Assembly (NCBI GenBank): GCA_035703635.1
Contig: DASSXV010000021.1
Location: 9,620-73,619 of the forward strand
Direction: 5' to 3'
Length of the DNA stretch: 64,000 nucleotides
Source of the DNA: Trueperaceae bacterium
GTDB taxonomy: Bacteria; Deinococcota; Deinococci; Deinococcales; Trueperaceae
Made by a program: the position numbers and the translations under genes. The notes beneath the pieces were generated by a model, which ran no database searches, was not told where the DNA came from, and worked only from the letters and a program-made list of their open reading frames with translations. Below are positions 19,635 through 30,675 of the stretch, piece after piece (the first letter of the stretch is position 1; each line of letters starts with the position of its first letter).

Positions 19635-22600
19635 TCAGAGGTCTTGCAGCGCCCTGACGGGCAGGGGGCCGGCCGCGCGCGCGCTGGCCGCGGCGGCCAT
19701 GGCCTTCACCGTCCAGGTAGCAGCCTCGGCCGTCGTGACGTACGGCACGCCGTTCTCGAGCGCGCGGCGCGCCTCTGGCGTCTGGTCTACGTCGATGAGG
19801 ATGTCGTAGTCCGCGTCCGCGCCGGCCGCGAGGGGGCCGCGAGCCACGGCGAAGCCCAACTCAGTAAGCAGACTTGCCTGCTCGTCTAAGCCCGTGCCGA
19901 TGAGGCGGGCGGTGCCCGCCCCAGGGAGGAGCGCTCCAGCGCCAAGCGCAGCGCGGTAGTAGGCGAGGTACGGGTCTGGGTCGACGCCCATGCTCTCGCC
20001 AGTTGAGCGCATCTCTGGGCCTAGGAACGGCGCAACGCCAGCGAACTTCAGGAACGGCAGCACTACTTCCTTGACGCTGTAGTAACTCGGCCGCGGCGTG
20101 TTGACGAAACCGAGTTCCTGCAGGGTCCTGCCTGCGCTGATCAGCGCCGCCAGCTTGGCGAGTGGCACGCCGATGGCTTTGGAGAGGTAGGGGATGGTGC
20201 GGCTAGCGCGGGGGTTCGCTTCGACCACCATAACGTCGTCGCCGCGCACGACGTACTGCACGTTGATGAGCCCGATCACGCCGATGCCTTGCGCGAGCTG
20301 GACGGTGTACTCCTCGATCTTGGCGAGGGCCGCGCCCGAGAGGCTGACTGGCGGGGTGATGCAGGCGCTGTCGCCCGAGTGAATGCCCGCCAACTCCACG
20401 TGCTCCATCACGCCGGCCACGACCGTGAGTTGCCCGTCGCTGAGGGCGTCAACGTCCACTTCCGTGGCGCCGGAGATGAACTCGTCGAGCAAGATCGAGG
20501 GGTTGTCTGGCAGTTCGGCGTACACCTCGCTGAGGTAGGAGACCAACTCGGCCTCACTGCGCACGACGCGCATCGCGCGCCCGCCAAGCACGTAACTTGG
20601 CCGCACCATGAGCGGGTAGCCGATGGTGGCTGCGAGGCCGACCGCCTCCTCCGGGTGCTGCGCGACTGCGCCGCGCGGCTGCGGCACGCCGAGACGCTGG
20701 CAGAGCGAGTGGAACGCGTGGCGGTCCTCCGCGGCGTGAATGGCCGCGGCGGGCGTGCCCCACACTGGCACCCCAGCCGTAGTCAGCGGCCCGGCGAGCT
20801 TGAGTGGCGTCTGGCCGCCTAGCTGGACGATGACGCCGTCCGGCTGCTCGTGATCGACGATGTTCGCTACGTCCTCGAAGGTGAGGGGCTCGAAGTAGAG
20901 GCGGTCTGCGGTGTCGTAGTCGGTAGACACCGTCTCCGGGTTCGAGTTGACCATGATGGTCTCGAAACCAGCGTCCTTGAGGGCCCAGACGGCGTGGACG
21001 GTCGCGTAGTCGAACTCCACGCCCTGCCCGATGCGGTTGGGGCCAGACCCAAGGATGATGACTTTCTTGTTGTCTGACGGTAGCGCCTCGTCCTCCCACT
21101 CGTAAGTTGAGTAGAGGTAGGGCGTGTACGCCTCGAACTCGGCCGCGCAAGTATCGACCGTCTTGTAGACGGGCCTGCCGTCGTGCTGGAGGCGCGCCGC
21201 GCGCACCGCGGCGGGGTCACTGTCCGTCAGGGTGGCTACTTCGCGGTCGGAGAAGCCGATGCGCTTCACTTCACGCCAGCGCTCCCACGTCCAATCGTCG
21301 ATGGCGGGGCCGTCCTGCACCTCCCTCTCGACCTGGGTGACCTCTTTCAGTTGGGTGAGGAACCACGGGTCGATGCCAGTCGTCTCGTGCAATGAACGTA
21401 CTGACCGGCCGCGCCGCAGCAGTTCGATGACCGCTGTGAGGCGCTTCGGGTTGCCGTGCAGGCGGGCATCCAGCTCGTCGATGTCGAGGTCGGCGGTCTC
21501 GCTGCGGACGTCAAGCTCGAGCGAGCGCATGGCCTTGAGCAGCGACTCCTTGAAGGTGCGGCCGATGGCCATTACCTCACCAACGGAGCGCATCTGCGTG
21601 CCGAGCGTGGTCGAAGCCGTCGGGAACTTCTCGAACGCGAAGCGTGGGATCTTGGTGACGACGTAATCGATCGTTGGCTCGAACGCCGCCTTCGTCTCCT
21701 TGGTGATGTCGTTCGGGAGTTCGTCGAGGTGGTAACCGACGGCCAGCAGGGCAGCGATCTTGGCGATGGGGTAACCGGTCGCCTTGCTTGCCAGGGCAGA
21801 GGAGCGCGAGACGCGCGGGTTCATTTCGATGACGATCACGTCGCCATCGACGGGGTTGACGGCGAACTGGATGTTGGAGCCGCCGGTGTCTACGCCGATC
21901 TCGCGGATGATGGCGATGGAGTAGTCGCGCAGGCGCTGGTACTCCTTGTCGGACAGGGTCTGGGCTGGCGCGACGGTGATGCTGTCGCCAGTGTGCACGC
22001 CCATCGGATCGAAGTTCTCGATGGAGCAGATGATCACGACCGTATCGTTCTGGTCGCGCATGACTTCGAGCTCGTACTCTTTCCAACCGAGCACGGACTG
22101 CTCGACGAGGACGCTGTGTACAGGCGAGTCGTGCAGGCCCTGCTGGACTATGGAGCGGAACTGCGCCTCGTCGTATGCGATGCCGCCGCCCGTGCCGCCG
22201 AGGGTGAAGCTCGGCCTGATGATGGCCGGGTAGCCGATGGTGCCGACGAACGCCATGGCCTCCGCCAGACTCGTGACCATCTTGCCGACCGGGGTCTTGA
22301 TGCCGATCTTGGCCATGGCTTCCTGGAAGAGTTTCCGGTCCTCGCCCTTCTGGATGGCGGCGTAGTTGGCGCCGATCAACTCGACGCCGTACTCGGCAAG
22401 CACTCCTGACTCGTGCAGTTTGGATGCCAAGTTGAGGGCCGTCTGGCCGCCAAGGGTTGGCAGCAGGGCGTCTGGGCGCTCCGTCGCTATGACCTTGGTG
22501 ACGAACTCGGGCGTGAGCGGCTCGATGTAGGTGCGGTCGGCCACTTCCGGGTCGGTCATGATCGTGGCCGGGTTCGAGTTGACGAGCACGACCTCGTAAC

Positions 22601-22721
22601 CGGCAGCTCGCAGCGCCTTGCAAGCCTGAGTGCCGGAGTAGTCGAACTCGGCGGCCTGGCCGATGACGATCGGGCCGGAGCCGAGGATGAGGATCTTTTG
22701 GATATCTTCGCGTCTAGGCAT
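19635..22721 (-). CDS. carB: Carbamoyl-phosphate synthase large subunit
   Basis: [30 protein letters not shown]; duplicated ATP-grasp halves; [15 protein letters not shown]. Confidence 0.97.
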   Translation of the reverse strand: MPRREDIQKILILGSGPIVIGQAAEFDYSGTQACKALRAAGYEVVLVNSNPATIMTDPEVADRTYIEPLTPEFVTKVIATERPDALLPTLGGQTALNLASKLHESGVLAEYGVELIGANYAAIQKGEDRKLFQEAMAKIGIKTPVGKMVTSLAEAMAFVGTIGYPAIIRPSFTLGGTGGGIAYDEAQFRSIVQQGLHDSPVHSVLVEQSVLGWKEYELEVMRDQNDTVVIICSIENFDPMGVHTGDSITVAPAQTLSDKEYQRLRDYSIAIIREIGVDTGGSNIQFAVNPVDGDVIVIEMNPRVSRSSALASKATGYPIAKIAALLAVGYHLDELPNDITKETKAAFEPTIDYVVTKIPRFAFEKFPTASTTLGTQMRSVGEVMAIGRTFKESLLKAMRSLELDVRSETADLDIDELDARLHGNPKRLTAVIELLRRGRSVRSLHETTGIDPWFLTQLKEVTQVEREVQDGPAIDDWTWERWREVKRIGFSDREVATLTDSDPAAVRAARLQHDGRPVYKTVDTCAAEFEAYTPYLYSTYEWEDEALPSDNKKVIILGSGPNRIGQGVEFDYATVHAVWALKDAGFETIMVNSNPETVSTDYDTADRLYFEPLTFEDVANIVDHEQPDGVIVQLGGQTPLKLAGPLTTAGVPVWGTPAAAIHAAEDRHAFHSLCQRLGVPQPRGAVAQHPEEAVGLAATIGYPLMVRPSYVLGGRAMRVVRSEAELVSYLSEVYAELPDNPSILLDEFISGATEVDVDALSDGQLTVVAGVMEHVELAGIHSGDSACITPPVSLSGAALAKIEEYTVQLAQGIGVIGLINVQYVVRGDDVMVVEANPRASRTIPYLSKAIGVPLAKLAALISAGRTLQELGFVNTPRPSYYSVKEVVLPFLKFAGVAPFLGPEMRSTGESMGVDPDPYLAYYRAALGAGALLPGAGTARLIGTGLDEQASLLTELGFAVARGPLAAGADADYDILIDVDQTPEARRALENGVPYVTTAEAATWTVKAMAAAASARAAGPLPVRALQDL

Positions 22722-22831
22722 GTATGAGGGGCCTCGCAACCACCAAAGCGCGAGTGTAGCACCCCGCCCTGCGGCACCGTACGGCCTGGCCGCCAAACCC
22801 CTAGAGCCACTAGGTGATTGCCCGGGTAGGC

Positions 22832-22849
22832 GATGCATGAACATGCGCG
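22832..22849. promoter_or_regulatory. Putative ARG box upstream of carB
   Basis: gaTGCATgaacATGCGcg versus TGCAT-N4-ATGCA. Confidence 0.35.
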
Positions 22850-22867
22850 GAGGCGCAACCTTACTGC

Positions 22868-23671
22868 ATGCCGCGAGATGGAGAGGCTGGCGCTAGAGCA
22901 GCCGTACCGGAGCCACTGGAGGTGCAACTAGGGCGCGCAGGCAGGCGCGCGGCTGGAAAGCCGGGCCGCGCCGCGCGCGGCCAGCGGCTGCCCCTCGCCG
23001 CCGAACCAGCCGCCAGCGCCCCGGAGGTGCTTGCGGCAGCTGGCTTCATCGCGCTACTGCGCACCCTTGGCCCTGCCGAGGCGGCCCGGAGCGAGTTGTG
23101 CGCCGGTCGCGTCAGGCTGCTGCCGCGCCTGCGCTCCGTCCAAGCAGAGGCCGTGCTCGCCCTCAACGCGCGCCTTGGGGCCGCAGTCGAGGCGTGGGCG
23201 GCGGTCGAGCAGGGCGCTACAGGGGCAAGGGCCGTTCACCATGCCGAGGTGGTGGTAAGGCCACTAGTCCGCGTTGGACCGGACGATCTCGTTAGGCCCG
23301 AGTTGGCGCTGCTACTCGTGCGCGGCCACGAGCGTACTGGCGATGACGACGCGCCACCAGCGCCGAGCTACGTGGCCGGCGCGTTAGGCACCGCTAGCGT
23401 CGGCCCAGCGCAGGTCGCGTTGGCCGTGGAGCTGGCAACTCCGTCGGGCGGTAGGGCAGAAGAAGCCGACCGCACGGGAGCGCGCCTCGCGGCGTACGCG
23501 CGCGCAGGAGTAAGGGAAGTGTGGCTCCTGGACCTCAAGCGCGGCTGGACCGAGGCTTACCGCACCCCATGGGCCGGCGCGTTCACCTCGCGCACGCTGT
23601 GGTACCCGGGTGAGGAGGTGCCTATCCCGGCGCTAGGCGGGACCGCGGTGTTGGCGCTGGAGTTCGGCTAG
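22868..23671 (+). CDS. Divergent Uma2/DUF820-family endonuclease-like protein; start uncertain
   Basis: [36 protein letters not shown]. Confidence 0.7.
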   Translation: MPRDGEAGARAAVPEPLEVQLGRAGRRAAGKPGRAARGQRLPLAAEPAASAPEVLAAAGFIALLRTLGPAEAARSELCAGRVRLLPRLRSVQAEAVLALNARLGAAVEAWAAVEQGATGARAVHHAEVVVRPLVRVGPDDLVRPELALLLVRGHERTGDDDAPPAPSYVAGALGTASVGPAQVALAVELATPSGGRAEEADRTGARLAAYARAGVREVWLLDLKRGWTEAYRTPWAGAFTSRTLWYPGEEVPIPALGGTAVLALEFG

Positions 23672-23697
23672 GTCGCCTTGCCTGTTAGTGGCATTGG

Positions 23698-24030
23698 TCA
23701 GGGCTCCGGGTTGCGCTCGAACTCCATCACGAAGCCTTCGCCTAGCACCGTCACCTTGTCGCCAGCCACCAAGCGGTGCTTGCGGCGCGTCTCGACCTTG
23801 CCGTTCACGCGCACCTTGCCCTGCTGGATGAGGAACTTCGCATGACCGCCGGTAGACGCGATGCCGAAGAACTTCAGCGCATCGTCTAGGCGTAGCGACG
23901 GCGCGGCCTCTGCCTGCTCTTGCTCGAGCGAGTCGTCGCTCGCCGTGTGAGCGCTCGCGACGTCGCCCTTAGAGGCGTCCCCAGTCGCAGCGTCGAGCTC
24001 TGGCTTCTTGGCGCTACTGTGATCCGGCAT
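23698..24030 (-). CDS. S4-domain RNA-binding protein (YaaA/YbcJ-like)
   Basis: LRLDDALK...TGGHAK...VRVNGKVETRRKHRLVAGDKV. Confidence 0.88.
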   Translation of the reverse strand: MPDHSSAKKPELDAATGDASKGDVASAHTASDDSLEQEQAEAAPSLRLDDALKFFGIASTGGHAKFLIQQGKVRVNGKVETRRKHRLVAGDKVTVLGEGFVMEFERNPEP

Positions 24031-24902
24031 CAGCGCAACTCGACTGTCTCGGCCGCGGGGTAGCTGCCGAGGAACTTCACGAAGGCCGCGCGGCGCATCA
24101 GGTCAGTCATCGCGGCGGCCACGTTCGGGTCCTCGATGTGTCCGTCGATGTCCAGGTAGAACAAGTAACTCCACGGCTTGTCGCGCCGCGGGCGCGACTC
24201 CAACTTCGTCATGTTGATGTCGTGGCGCGGGAAGACCTCGAGGCACGTAACTAGGTCGCCTGGGCGGTGGCGCGTGGCGAGCACGAGGCTGCTCTTGAAG
24301 ACCGTTCCGCCAGGGTGGGCGGCTTTCGTGCCGACCGTCCCCTTGCCATCGAAGTGCGCCAGGACGAAGAAGCGCGTGAAGTTGAACGGCAGGTCCTCGA
24401 TCTTCTCGGCGAGCACGTCGAGGCCGTACTCCTCGGCGGCCCGCAGGCTGGCGATGGCGGCCTTGCCTTCGCCGCCGTTCTCCGCGAGGAGCTTGGCCGC
24501 GCCCGCGGTGTCGAAGTCCGTGACGGCCTCGAAACCGTGGCTACGGAGGTAACCGGCGCATTGCGCTAACGCCTGTGGGTGACTATAGACGCGCTTGACT
24601 TCAGCTAGCTGCACGCCAGGGCGCACGAGCAGGTTGTGGTGTACGCGCACGATGCGCTCGCCGACCACGTTCAGATCGGAATCCGTGAGGAGGTCGTAAG
24701 TCTGGTTGATGGAGCCGGCGATGCTGTTCTCGACCGGCAAGCACGCGAAGTCAACGGTGCCGTCGGCCGCCGCCGAGAACGCCTCCTGAAAGCTGGGAAA
24801 ACCGACCGCTTGCCCTCCAGGAGCGAAGCCTAGCGCGGCTTCCTCACTGAAAGCGCCTGGAACACCTTGGTATGCGACGCGGACGGGCCGGGAATCGGTC
24901 AT
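24030..24902 (-). CDS. pheA: Prephenate dehydratase
   Basis: VAYQGVPGAFSE; PVENS; SHPQALAQC; NFTRF; ACT domain with LESRP. Confidence 0.95.
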   Translation of the reverse strand: MTDSRPVRVAYQGVPGAFSEEAALGFAPGGQAVGFPSFQEAFSAAADGTVDFACLPVENSIAGSINQTYDLLTDSDLNVVGERIVRVHHNLLVRPGVQLAEVKRVYSHPQALAQCAGYLRSHGFEAVTDFDTAGAAKLLAENGGEGKAAIASLRAAEEYGLDVLAEKIEDLPFNFTRFFVLAHFDGKGTVGTKAAHPGGTVFKSSLVLATRHRPGDLVTCLEVFPRHDINMTKLESRPRRDKPWSYLFYLDIDGHIEDPNVAAAMTDLMRRAAFVKFLGSYPAAETVELR

Positions 24903-24918
24903 GGCGAGGAGTGTAACT

Positions 24919-26646
24919 CTAAGCGCTCGCCTCTACCTCTCGGCGCAGTGCGGCCAGGCGGCCGGTGACTTCCTCCAGGTCGAGTTGCAGCTCATGTAGA
25001 CGCTTCAGCTCCGTGCCGACGAAGCGAGTGTACGGGCTGATGGCGCCGGTGAGCTTCTCCTGCGAACGGTCAAGCTCGAGCGCGAACTGCTTGCCGACGC
25101 CCTCGTCGATGGCCGCCTGCAACTCCTCCATCTGCCGCCGCAGTTCCCGCTTCGCGCGTGCGCGTTGGCGCGGGAAGACGAGGAGCCCCAAGCCCATGGC
25201 CGTGAGGCCGATGGCGAGGCCAGTGATGTCAAGCGCCGCGCCCGTCATGATGGCGAGCATGGCGGCGCTAAGCCCAAGGCCGCCGACTTCGAGCAGACCA
25301 GTCTGGATGACGGCGCCCTGCAGCCTGTCAGCGAACTGCCGAGCCGCGGCCGGAGCGTCGTACTCCACAAGGGCCGTCTCGGCGCGTTCACGCAGGCCGC
25401 GCAGAAGCGCCTGACGGTCGTACTGGAAGCGCCCCCCTACCTCGCCGATGACGCGCTCCTGCTCGGCGGCGCGCTTCTCGTTCAAGTAGCTCATGACGTC
25501 TTCCCACAAGTGGATGTTGCGGCTTATGAACCAGTCGACGAGCTCACTCAAGCCAGCGTCGATCTCAGCCTCAGCGCTCTTCACGACCTTGGCCTCGAAC
25601 TCTTCCTTCACCTTCTGGCTGTTCATGAGCTTAGCGATGCGGCGCCAACGGATGGTGTCGTCGAAGAACTCCTCGCCACGCTGCTCGACCTCAGACAGCA
25701 CGCCCTTGAGGGAGTCGACGTACTTCTTGAGGTCGCGCTTCATCTCACTCTCGAAGTGAGCGCGTTGCCGCTCGATCTCCGCGAGGGTGGAACTGTCGTC
25801 GTTGAGGAGCTCGAGGCGATTGTGCAGGACCTCCAGGTGATGGTCAGCCGTGTGCTTCGCCACGCCGAGCGGGGTGAGTAGCTTCAGCTTGAGCCTGTCG
25901 GGACCCAGACGCTGGCGGATGGCCGCCTCGAGTTCTGGCACGCCCGTGGCGGCTAGCGCCGCTTCGTTGCCCGCTTGGCGCGCCTGGAACGCCGCCCGTG
26001 CGCTTACCCCGAAGACTTCGGGGGTGGAGCCGAGCGTTTCGCGCGCATGTTGCGCCACGAACTCGAGCACCGTCTCACGCTCAGCCGCGCTGGCCAGGAT
26101 GTCTATCTTGTTGACGACCATCAGGACCTTCTTGCCCCACGACGCGATCAGCTCGAGGAACTCGCGCTCGCTCTGCGTGAAGGGCCGGTCGGCGCTCGTG
26201 ACGAACAGCACGAGGTCAGCGCGCGGCACGAAGCGCTCAGTGAGTTGCTGATGGCGCGCGACTATCGCGTTGGTGCCTGGCGTGTCGACGAACGCCACCG
26301 TGTCTAGCAACTCACTAGGGTAGGTGCGGCGCACGACGTCTTTCCCGTCGTCCTTCTCGCCCACCTCCGCGCCGTGAGTGATCACGGTCACGCGGTCGGT
26401 CGTCGGGGTAACCCCCTCCGGCATGACGCGCTCGCCAAGCAAGGCGTTGATGAGGCTCGACTTGCCCGCGTTGAACTCGCCCGCCACCACCAACAAGAAG
26501 ATGCCGTCGAGGTCGTTCACCGCGGTGCGGACGTTGGCGACTGCCTCCGGCTCGGCCTCGAGTTTCGCGAGGAGCACGAGGAGGTCAGTCACCGCTCCCC
26601 GTTCGCGGGTGACGAGATCCTTCAGAGGCGTCGGCAGGTCGAGCAT
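24919..26646 (-). CDS. Bacterial dynamin-like GTPase (FZL/mitofusin-like)
   Basis: GEFNAGKS; PTT; DTPG; NKID; helical stalk; C-terminal hydrophobic paddle. Confidence 0.88.
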   Translation of the reverse strand: MLDLPTPLKDLVTRERGAVTDLLVLLAKLEAEPEAVANVRTAVNDLDGIFLLVVAGEFNAGKSSLINALLGERVMPEGVTPTTDRVTVITHGAEVGEKDDGKDVVRRTYPSELLDTVAFVDTPGTNAIVARHQQLTERFVPRADLVLFVTSADRPFTQSEREFLELIASWGKKVLMVVNKIDILASAAERETVLEFVAQHARETLGSTPEVFGVSARAAFQARQAGNEAALAATGVPELEAAIRQRLGPDRLKLKLLTPLGVAKHTADHHLEVLHNRLELLNDDSSTLAEIERQRAHFESEMKRDLKKYVDSLKGVLSEVEQRGEEFFDDTIRWRRIAKLMNSQKVKEEFEAKVVKSAEAEIDAGLSELVDWFISRNIHLWEDVMSYLNEKRAAEQERVIGEVGGRFQYDRQALLRGLRERAETALVEYDAPAAARQFADRLQGAVIQTGLLEVGGLGLSAAMLAIMTGAALDITGLAIGLTAMGLGLLVFPRQRARAKRELRRQMEELQAAIDEGVGKQFALELDRSQEKLTGAISPYTRFVGTELKRLHELQLDLEEVTGRLAALRREVEASA

Positions 26647-26709
26647 GGTGGCGAAGATACCACGCCGCCAACGCGCTTCCCGACCCTGAAGCGTTTGATA
26701 CAGTCCCCC

Positions 26710-28221
26710 ATGTCGACCCTCCGCGAGCTACTCGAGCGCTTCAAGGTTGAGGCCGGAATACTTAGTGACCTGGCAGCGGCCGCCGACCTTCTCTCCTGGG
26801 ACCAGGACACTTACATGCCAGCTGGCGCCGCCAGTGGCCGTGGTCAGCAGTTGGCGACCATTCACTCCCTGCTGCATGCGCGCATCACGGACGACCGCAT
26901 GGTCGACTTGCTCGCGGAGCTCGAGGCAAGTGACCTTGACCCGCGCGGCGTAGACCGCGCCATGGTGCGCGAAGCGCGCCGCGTGGCCGACCGCGCCAAG
27001 TTCGTGCCTGCAAGGCTCGTCGAGGAGCTCGCCAAGCGCACGAGCAGCGCGCGGGTGGCGTGGAGCCAGGCGCGCTCCGAGAACCGCTTCGAGCTGTTCG
27101 CTCCCGAGCTTGCCGCCGTCTTCGAACTCAAGCGCGAGGAAGCAGACGCCGTCGGGCGCGGCGGCCCGCGCTACGACGCGCTCCTTGACGAGTTCGAGCC
27201 AGGCGCAACGGTGGCGGGTATCAAGGAGCTTTTCGATCCTCTGCGGGCCGAGCAAGTCGCGCTGCTCGAGTCGATCGCCGCCACCGGCGTTCAGCACTCC
27301 GACGCGGTCCTGAAACGCAACTACCCGGTATCGGCTCAGCGTGAGCTGTGCCGCGCAACCGCGGCTAGCTTCGGCTACGACTTCGAGCATGGCCGCCTAG
27401 ACGAGACCCTTCACCCGTTCGCCATCGCCATCGGCGCTACGGACGTGCGCATCACGACGCGTTACGACGAGAACTTCCTCAACACCGCCCTCTTCGGCAC
27501 TATGCACGAGGCCGGGCACGCCATGTACGAGCAGGGCATCGCGCCGGAGTACCGACGCACGCCCTTGGGTCACGGCGCCAGCCTCGGCGTGCACGAGTCG
27601 CAGTCGCGCTTGTGGGAGAACCTCGTCGGGAGGTCGCTGCCCTACTGGGAGGGAGCGTTCCCGGCCTTGCAGGCGGCGTTCCCTAGCCAACTCGCGGGAG
27701 TGGCGCTGCGCGACTTCTACGCCGCCGCGAACCGCGTGGAGAACAGCCTCATCCGCGTCGAGGCGGACGAGGTGAGCTACAACCTGCACATCCTCGTGCG
27801 CTTCGAACTCGAGCTGGCACTCCTCGACGGCGACTTGGCCGTTGCCGACCTGCCTGACGCGTGGAACGGGCGCTACCGCGATTACCTCGGGGTAACCCCG
27901 CCAACTGACGCGCTCGGGTGCCTCCAGGACATCCACTGGGCCGTCGGCCTCATCGGGTACTTCCCGACATACGCCATCGGCAACCTCGTGAGCGCCCAGC
28001 TCTTCGAGGCGGCGAAAGCGGCCACCCCGACCCTCGACGACGACATCCGCGCAGGCGACTTCTCCGGGCTGCTCGCGTGGTTACGGGAGAACGTTCAGCG
28101 CCACGGTAGCCGCTACCGACCGGCCGAGCTGCTCGTTGCCGCGACCGGCAAGGAGCTTACGGCCGCGCCTTACCTGGCCTACTTGCGCGGTAAGTACTCT
28201 GATCTCTACGGCCTAAGGTAA
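26710..28221 (+). CDS. Thermostable carboxypeptidase, M32 (Taq) family
   Basis: WDQDTYMP; HPF; DVRITTRY; HEAGH; HESQS; IRVEADE; GCLQDIHW; GYFPTY. Confidence 0.95.
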   Translation: MSTLRELLERFKVEAGILSDLAAAADLLSWDQDTYMPAGAASGRGQQLATIHSLLHARITDDRMVDLLAELEASDLDPRGVDRAMVREARRVADRAKFVPARLVEELAKRTSSARVAWSQARSENRFELFAPELAAVFELKREEADAVGRGGPRYDALLDEFEPGATVAGIKELFDPLRAEQVALLESIAATGVQHSDAVLKRNYPVSAQRELCRATAASFGYDFEHGRLDETLHPFAIAIGATDVRITTRYDENFLNTALFGTMHEAGHAMYEQGIAPEYRRTPLGHGASLGVHESQSRLWENLVGRSLPYWEGAFPALQAAFPSQLAGVALRDFYAAANRVENSLIRVEADEVSYNLHILVRFELELALLDGDLAVADLPDAWNGRYRDYLGVTPPTDALGCLQDIHWAVGLIGYFPTYAIGNLVSAQLFEAAKAATPTLDDDIRAGDFSGLLAWLRENVQRHGSRYRPAELLVAATGKELTAAPYLAYLRGKYSDLYGLR

Positions 28222-28318
28222 ATGTGCCCCGCCGCCCCTGACTTAGACTTGGGGGGTGAGGCGCCCGTCACCGAAGCTTCGTTGCCGTTGGTCGTGGCGC
28301 CAGAAGGAGACTGTGAGA

Positions 28319-29371
28319 ATGTACTTGCGTAGGCAAGCGCTTGCCTTGGCCGCCATCTTGCTGGCGACCCTGCCGAGCGTCGCACTGGCACAACTAGGCG
28401 AGGCGCCGCAGCGGACGCTCGACGCCCTCGTCGACTACCTGCCCGTCGCGGCGGCCGAGGGTTACGAGGTCACCAGCGGGTTTCACTTCACCATCACGGA
28501 GGCGGACGGCGTGGCCGTCGAGGTCGGGGGCGCAGGCGCGCTGAGCGACGCCAACATGCGCTTCCTCGGCGCCTTGATCGGTGCGGCTAGCGGCTACGGC
28601 GAGGGCATCGCCGGCCCCGTGTCCGATTTCTTCCGCACGCGCGCAGCCGAACTCATCGGCGCCGGTGAGGTCGGGATCGAAGTCATGGAGTACATGATGT
28701 ACTTGGACGTGGAGGCGGGATCGCCCGGTACCGTCAGCATGCGCTTCGTGCCTCTTTACGTCGAGCCGCAGCGTTTCGGGGTGCCGGCGCACGTCATCGG
28801 CCCGCTTGACGCCGCCCACGTCATCCGTCTCTTCACGGACTTGCAGTGCCCGTACTGCGCGCAGTTCGACGAGTTCGGCATGCCCATAGTCGAGGGCGAC
28901 CTGCTGCCTCGCGGCGACGTGCGCTTCGAGCTCCACCACTTCCCCCTGAAGAGCATTCACGCCAACGCTGTCGTGGCAGCCGAAGCTAGCGAGTGTGTTG
29001 CGGCAGCTGCGACCGCAGCTGGCGGTCACGAGGCGGGCGAAGCGGCGTTCTGGACGTACCAGAGCGCGCTGTTCAGCGCTCAGCGGGACTGGTCCAACCT
29101 AGGCGACCCGTTGCCGCTGTTCGTTTCGTTGGCGGCCGACCTCGGACTCCCCTCCGAGGGCCTCGCGGCTTGCGTGAGGAGCGGTGAGTTCGGTGCTGCG
29201 GTCGAGGAGTCTTACCGCGTGGCGGCCCAAGACCTCCGCCTCACTGGCACACCGACGGTGTTCGTTGACGGCCTCAAGCTCGGCGATTACCGCAACCTTC
29301 AGGACTACCTAAGACTCATGCGCCTCGGCGCGGCCATCTCGCAGAGAGAGACGGAGCCGGCGCAGCGCTGA
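28319..29371 (+). CDS. Exported DsbA/thioredoxin-fold protein with an extra N-terminal domain
   Basis: Signal peptide; DLQCPYC; HHFPL; GTPT; AAGGAG SD. Confidence 0.85.
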   Translation: MYLRRQALALAAILLATLPSVALAQLGEAPQRTLDALVDYLPVAAAEGYEVTSGFHFTITEADGVAVEVGGAGALSDANMRFLGALIGAASGYGEGIAGPVSDFFRTRAAELIGAGEVGIEVMEYMMYLDVEAGSPGTVSMRFVPLYVEPQRFGVPAHVIGPLDAAHVIRLFTDLQCPYCAQFDEFGMPIVEGDLLPRGDVRFELHHFPLKSIHANAVVAAEASECVAAAATAAGGHEAGEAAFWTYQSALFSAQRDWSNLGDPLPLFVSLAADLGLPSEGLAACVRSGEFGAAVEESYRVAAQDLRLTGTPTVFVDGLKLGDYRNLQDYLRLMRLGAAISQRETEPAQR

Positions 29372-29509
29372 CCGAACCGCGGTTCCAGCCAGGCGCACAA
29401 CGTGGGCTTCGCATGTGCGATAGTGGGCCGTAGACGCAACGCGGAGATGCGGCGAGTGGGCGGTACGAGACTGACCGCCCTGCCCCGCAGTGCACGGGAG
29501 GGGAGCTAG

Positions 29510-30220
29510 ATGACCGAAGCGAGCCAATACCCGAGTCTGGTGTGGCACCTGAAGAACACCGAGCTGTTCGAGGACCTCACGCCCGACGAGATCGAGCAGA
29601 TGGCGCGCATAACGCCGTACAAGAAGTTCGCTGCCGGCGAGATCATCTACCACATGGAGGACCCGGCGGACGCCCTGTACTTCGTGCGCGACGGCATGGT
29701 GAAGATCTCCATGTACTTCCCGAACGGCAAGGAGATGATCCTGGGCCTCCTGGGCAAGTACGACATCTTCGGCGAGCTTCTCCTGTTACAGAGCGAGCGC
29801 CGCCCGAACCAAGCGGAGGCCGTTACCGACACGACCATCATCGTCATGCCGGAGATGGAGTTCCAGCGCCTCCTGCAGCAGCAGCCGCGCATAGCCATGA
29901 AGTTCATTCAGGTGATGAGCACCAGGCTTTGGCAGGCGCAACAGTGGCAAGCGGAGGTCGGGGCGTTCGATGCCCCAGGCCGCCTCGCCAACCTCCTGCT
30001 GCGCTTGGCGAACGACTTCGGGGTGCCATCCGATCGCGGCACGGTCATCGACCTCACCCTCACGCAGCAAGACCTCGCCAAGATGATCGGCGCTACTCGT
30101 GAAACGGTCAGCCACTGCCTAGCGCGCCTGCTGGAGTACGGTGCGGTGCGCCGCCGCCGCGCTCCCATAACGGTCAATCCGGAGCGCCTGCAGGCCTTTC
30201 TCGACGAAGCGAGCGCCTAA
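29510..30220 (+). CDS. Crp/Fnr-family transcriptional regulator
   Basis: cNMP-binding domain (DIFGE); HTH LTQQDLAKMIGATRETVS. Confidence 0.93.
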   Translation: MTEASQYPSLVWHLKNTELFEDLTPDEIEQMARITPYKKFAAGEIIYHMEDPADALYFVRDGMVKISMYFPNGKEMILGLLGKYDIFGELLLLQSERRPNQAEAVTDTTIIVMPEMEFQRLLQQQPRIAMKFIQVMSTRLWQAQQWQAEVGAFDAPGRLANLLLRLANDFGVPSDRGTVIDLTLTQQDLAKMIGATRETVSHCLARLLEYGAVRRRRAPITVNPERLQAFLDEASA

Positions 30221-30294
30221 GAGAGTACAGACGCTCCCCACGGTGGCGGTCCTCTAGTACGACCCCTCTTGCGGGCGCGTGCTAGCGTCGCCTC

Positions 30295-30612
30295 GTGACG
30301 CAGGTCAGATGTTTCCTCGTGAGCACCGATTTCGGTGACGTCGTAGTCCGCGTGAACCCCGCAGCGGGCGGGTTGGATGCCGACCTGCTCGCGCTCGAGC
30401 CGGCCACTGCCTCGAACACGTCAGCGATCTCCATGGTCACGCCTCTGCGCGCGTTCGGCGCCAAGATGGTGGACCTGATCGAGATGCAGGGGCTAGCCGA
30501 CGTCGACGTGAGCCCGGCGCTGCGTGAACTCCTGGTGCGCGAGAAGGCCACGCAGGAACTGAAGCGCATCGAACGGTACGCCCGGGAGCGGGGCGCCGCC
30601 GGTCCAGCGTGA
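30295..30612 (+). CDS. Small hypothetical protein
   Basis: 105-aa ORF; GTG 6 nt after an extended -10 TGCTAGCGT; host-like codon usage. Confidence 0.65.
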   Translation: MTQVRCFLVSTDFGDVVVRVNPAAGGLDADLLALEPATASNTSAISMVTPLRAFGAKMVDLIEMQGLADVDVSPALRELLVREKATQELKRIERYARERGAAGPA

Positions 30613-30675
30613 AGCGCGGGGCGTTCGCGCCTCACGCGGCCTAGGATTTAGCAGTCGGCGCTTGAAGGGACGCGA

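Noticed and set aside
26374-26709. N-terminal extensions in the ORF track (also ftsH, glgC, carB, rpiA, purH, ompH)
   Set aside because: They overlap neighbouring genes or promoters; family-typical starts with an SD or -10 lie downstream
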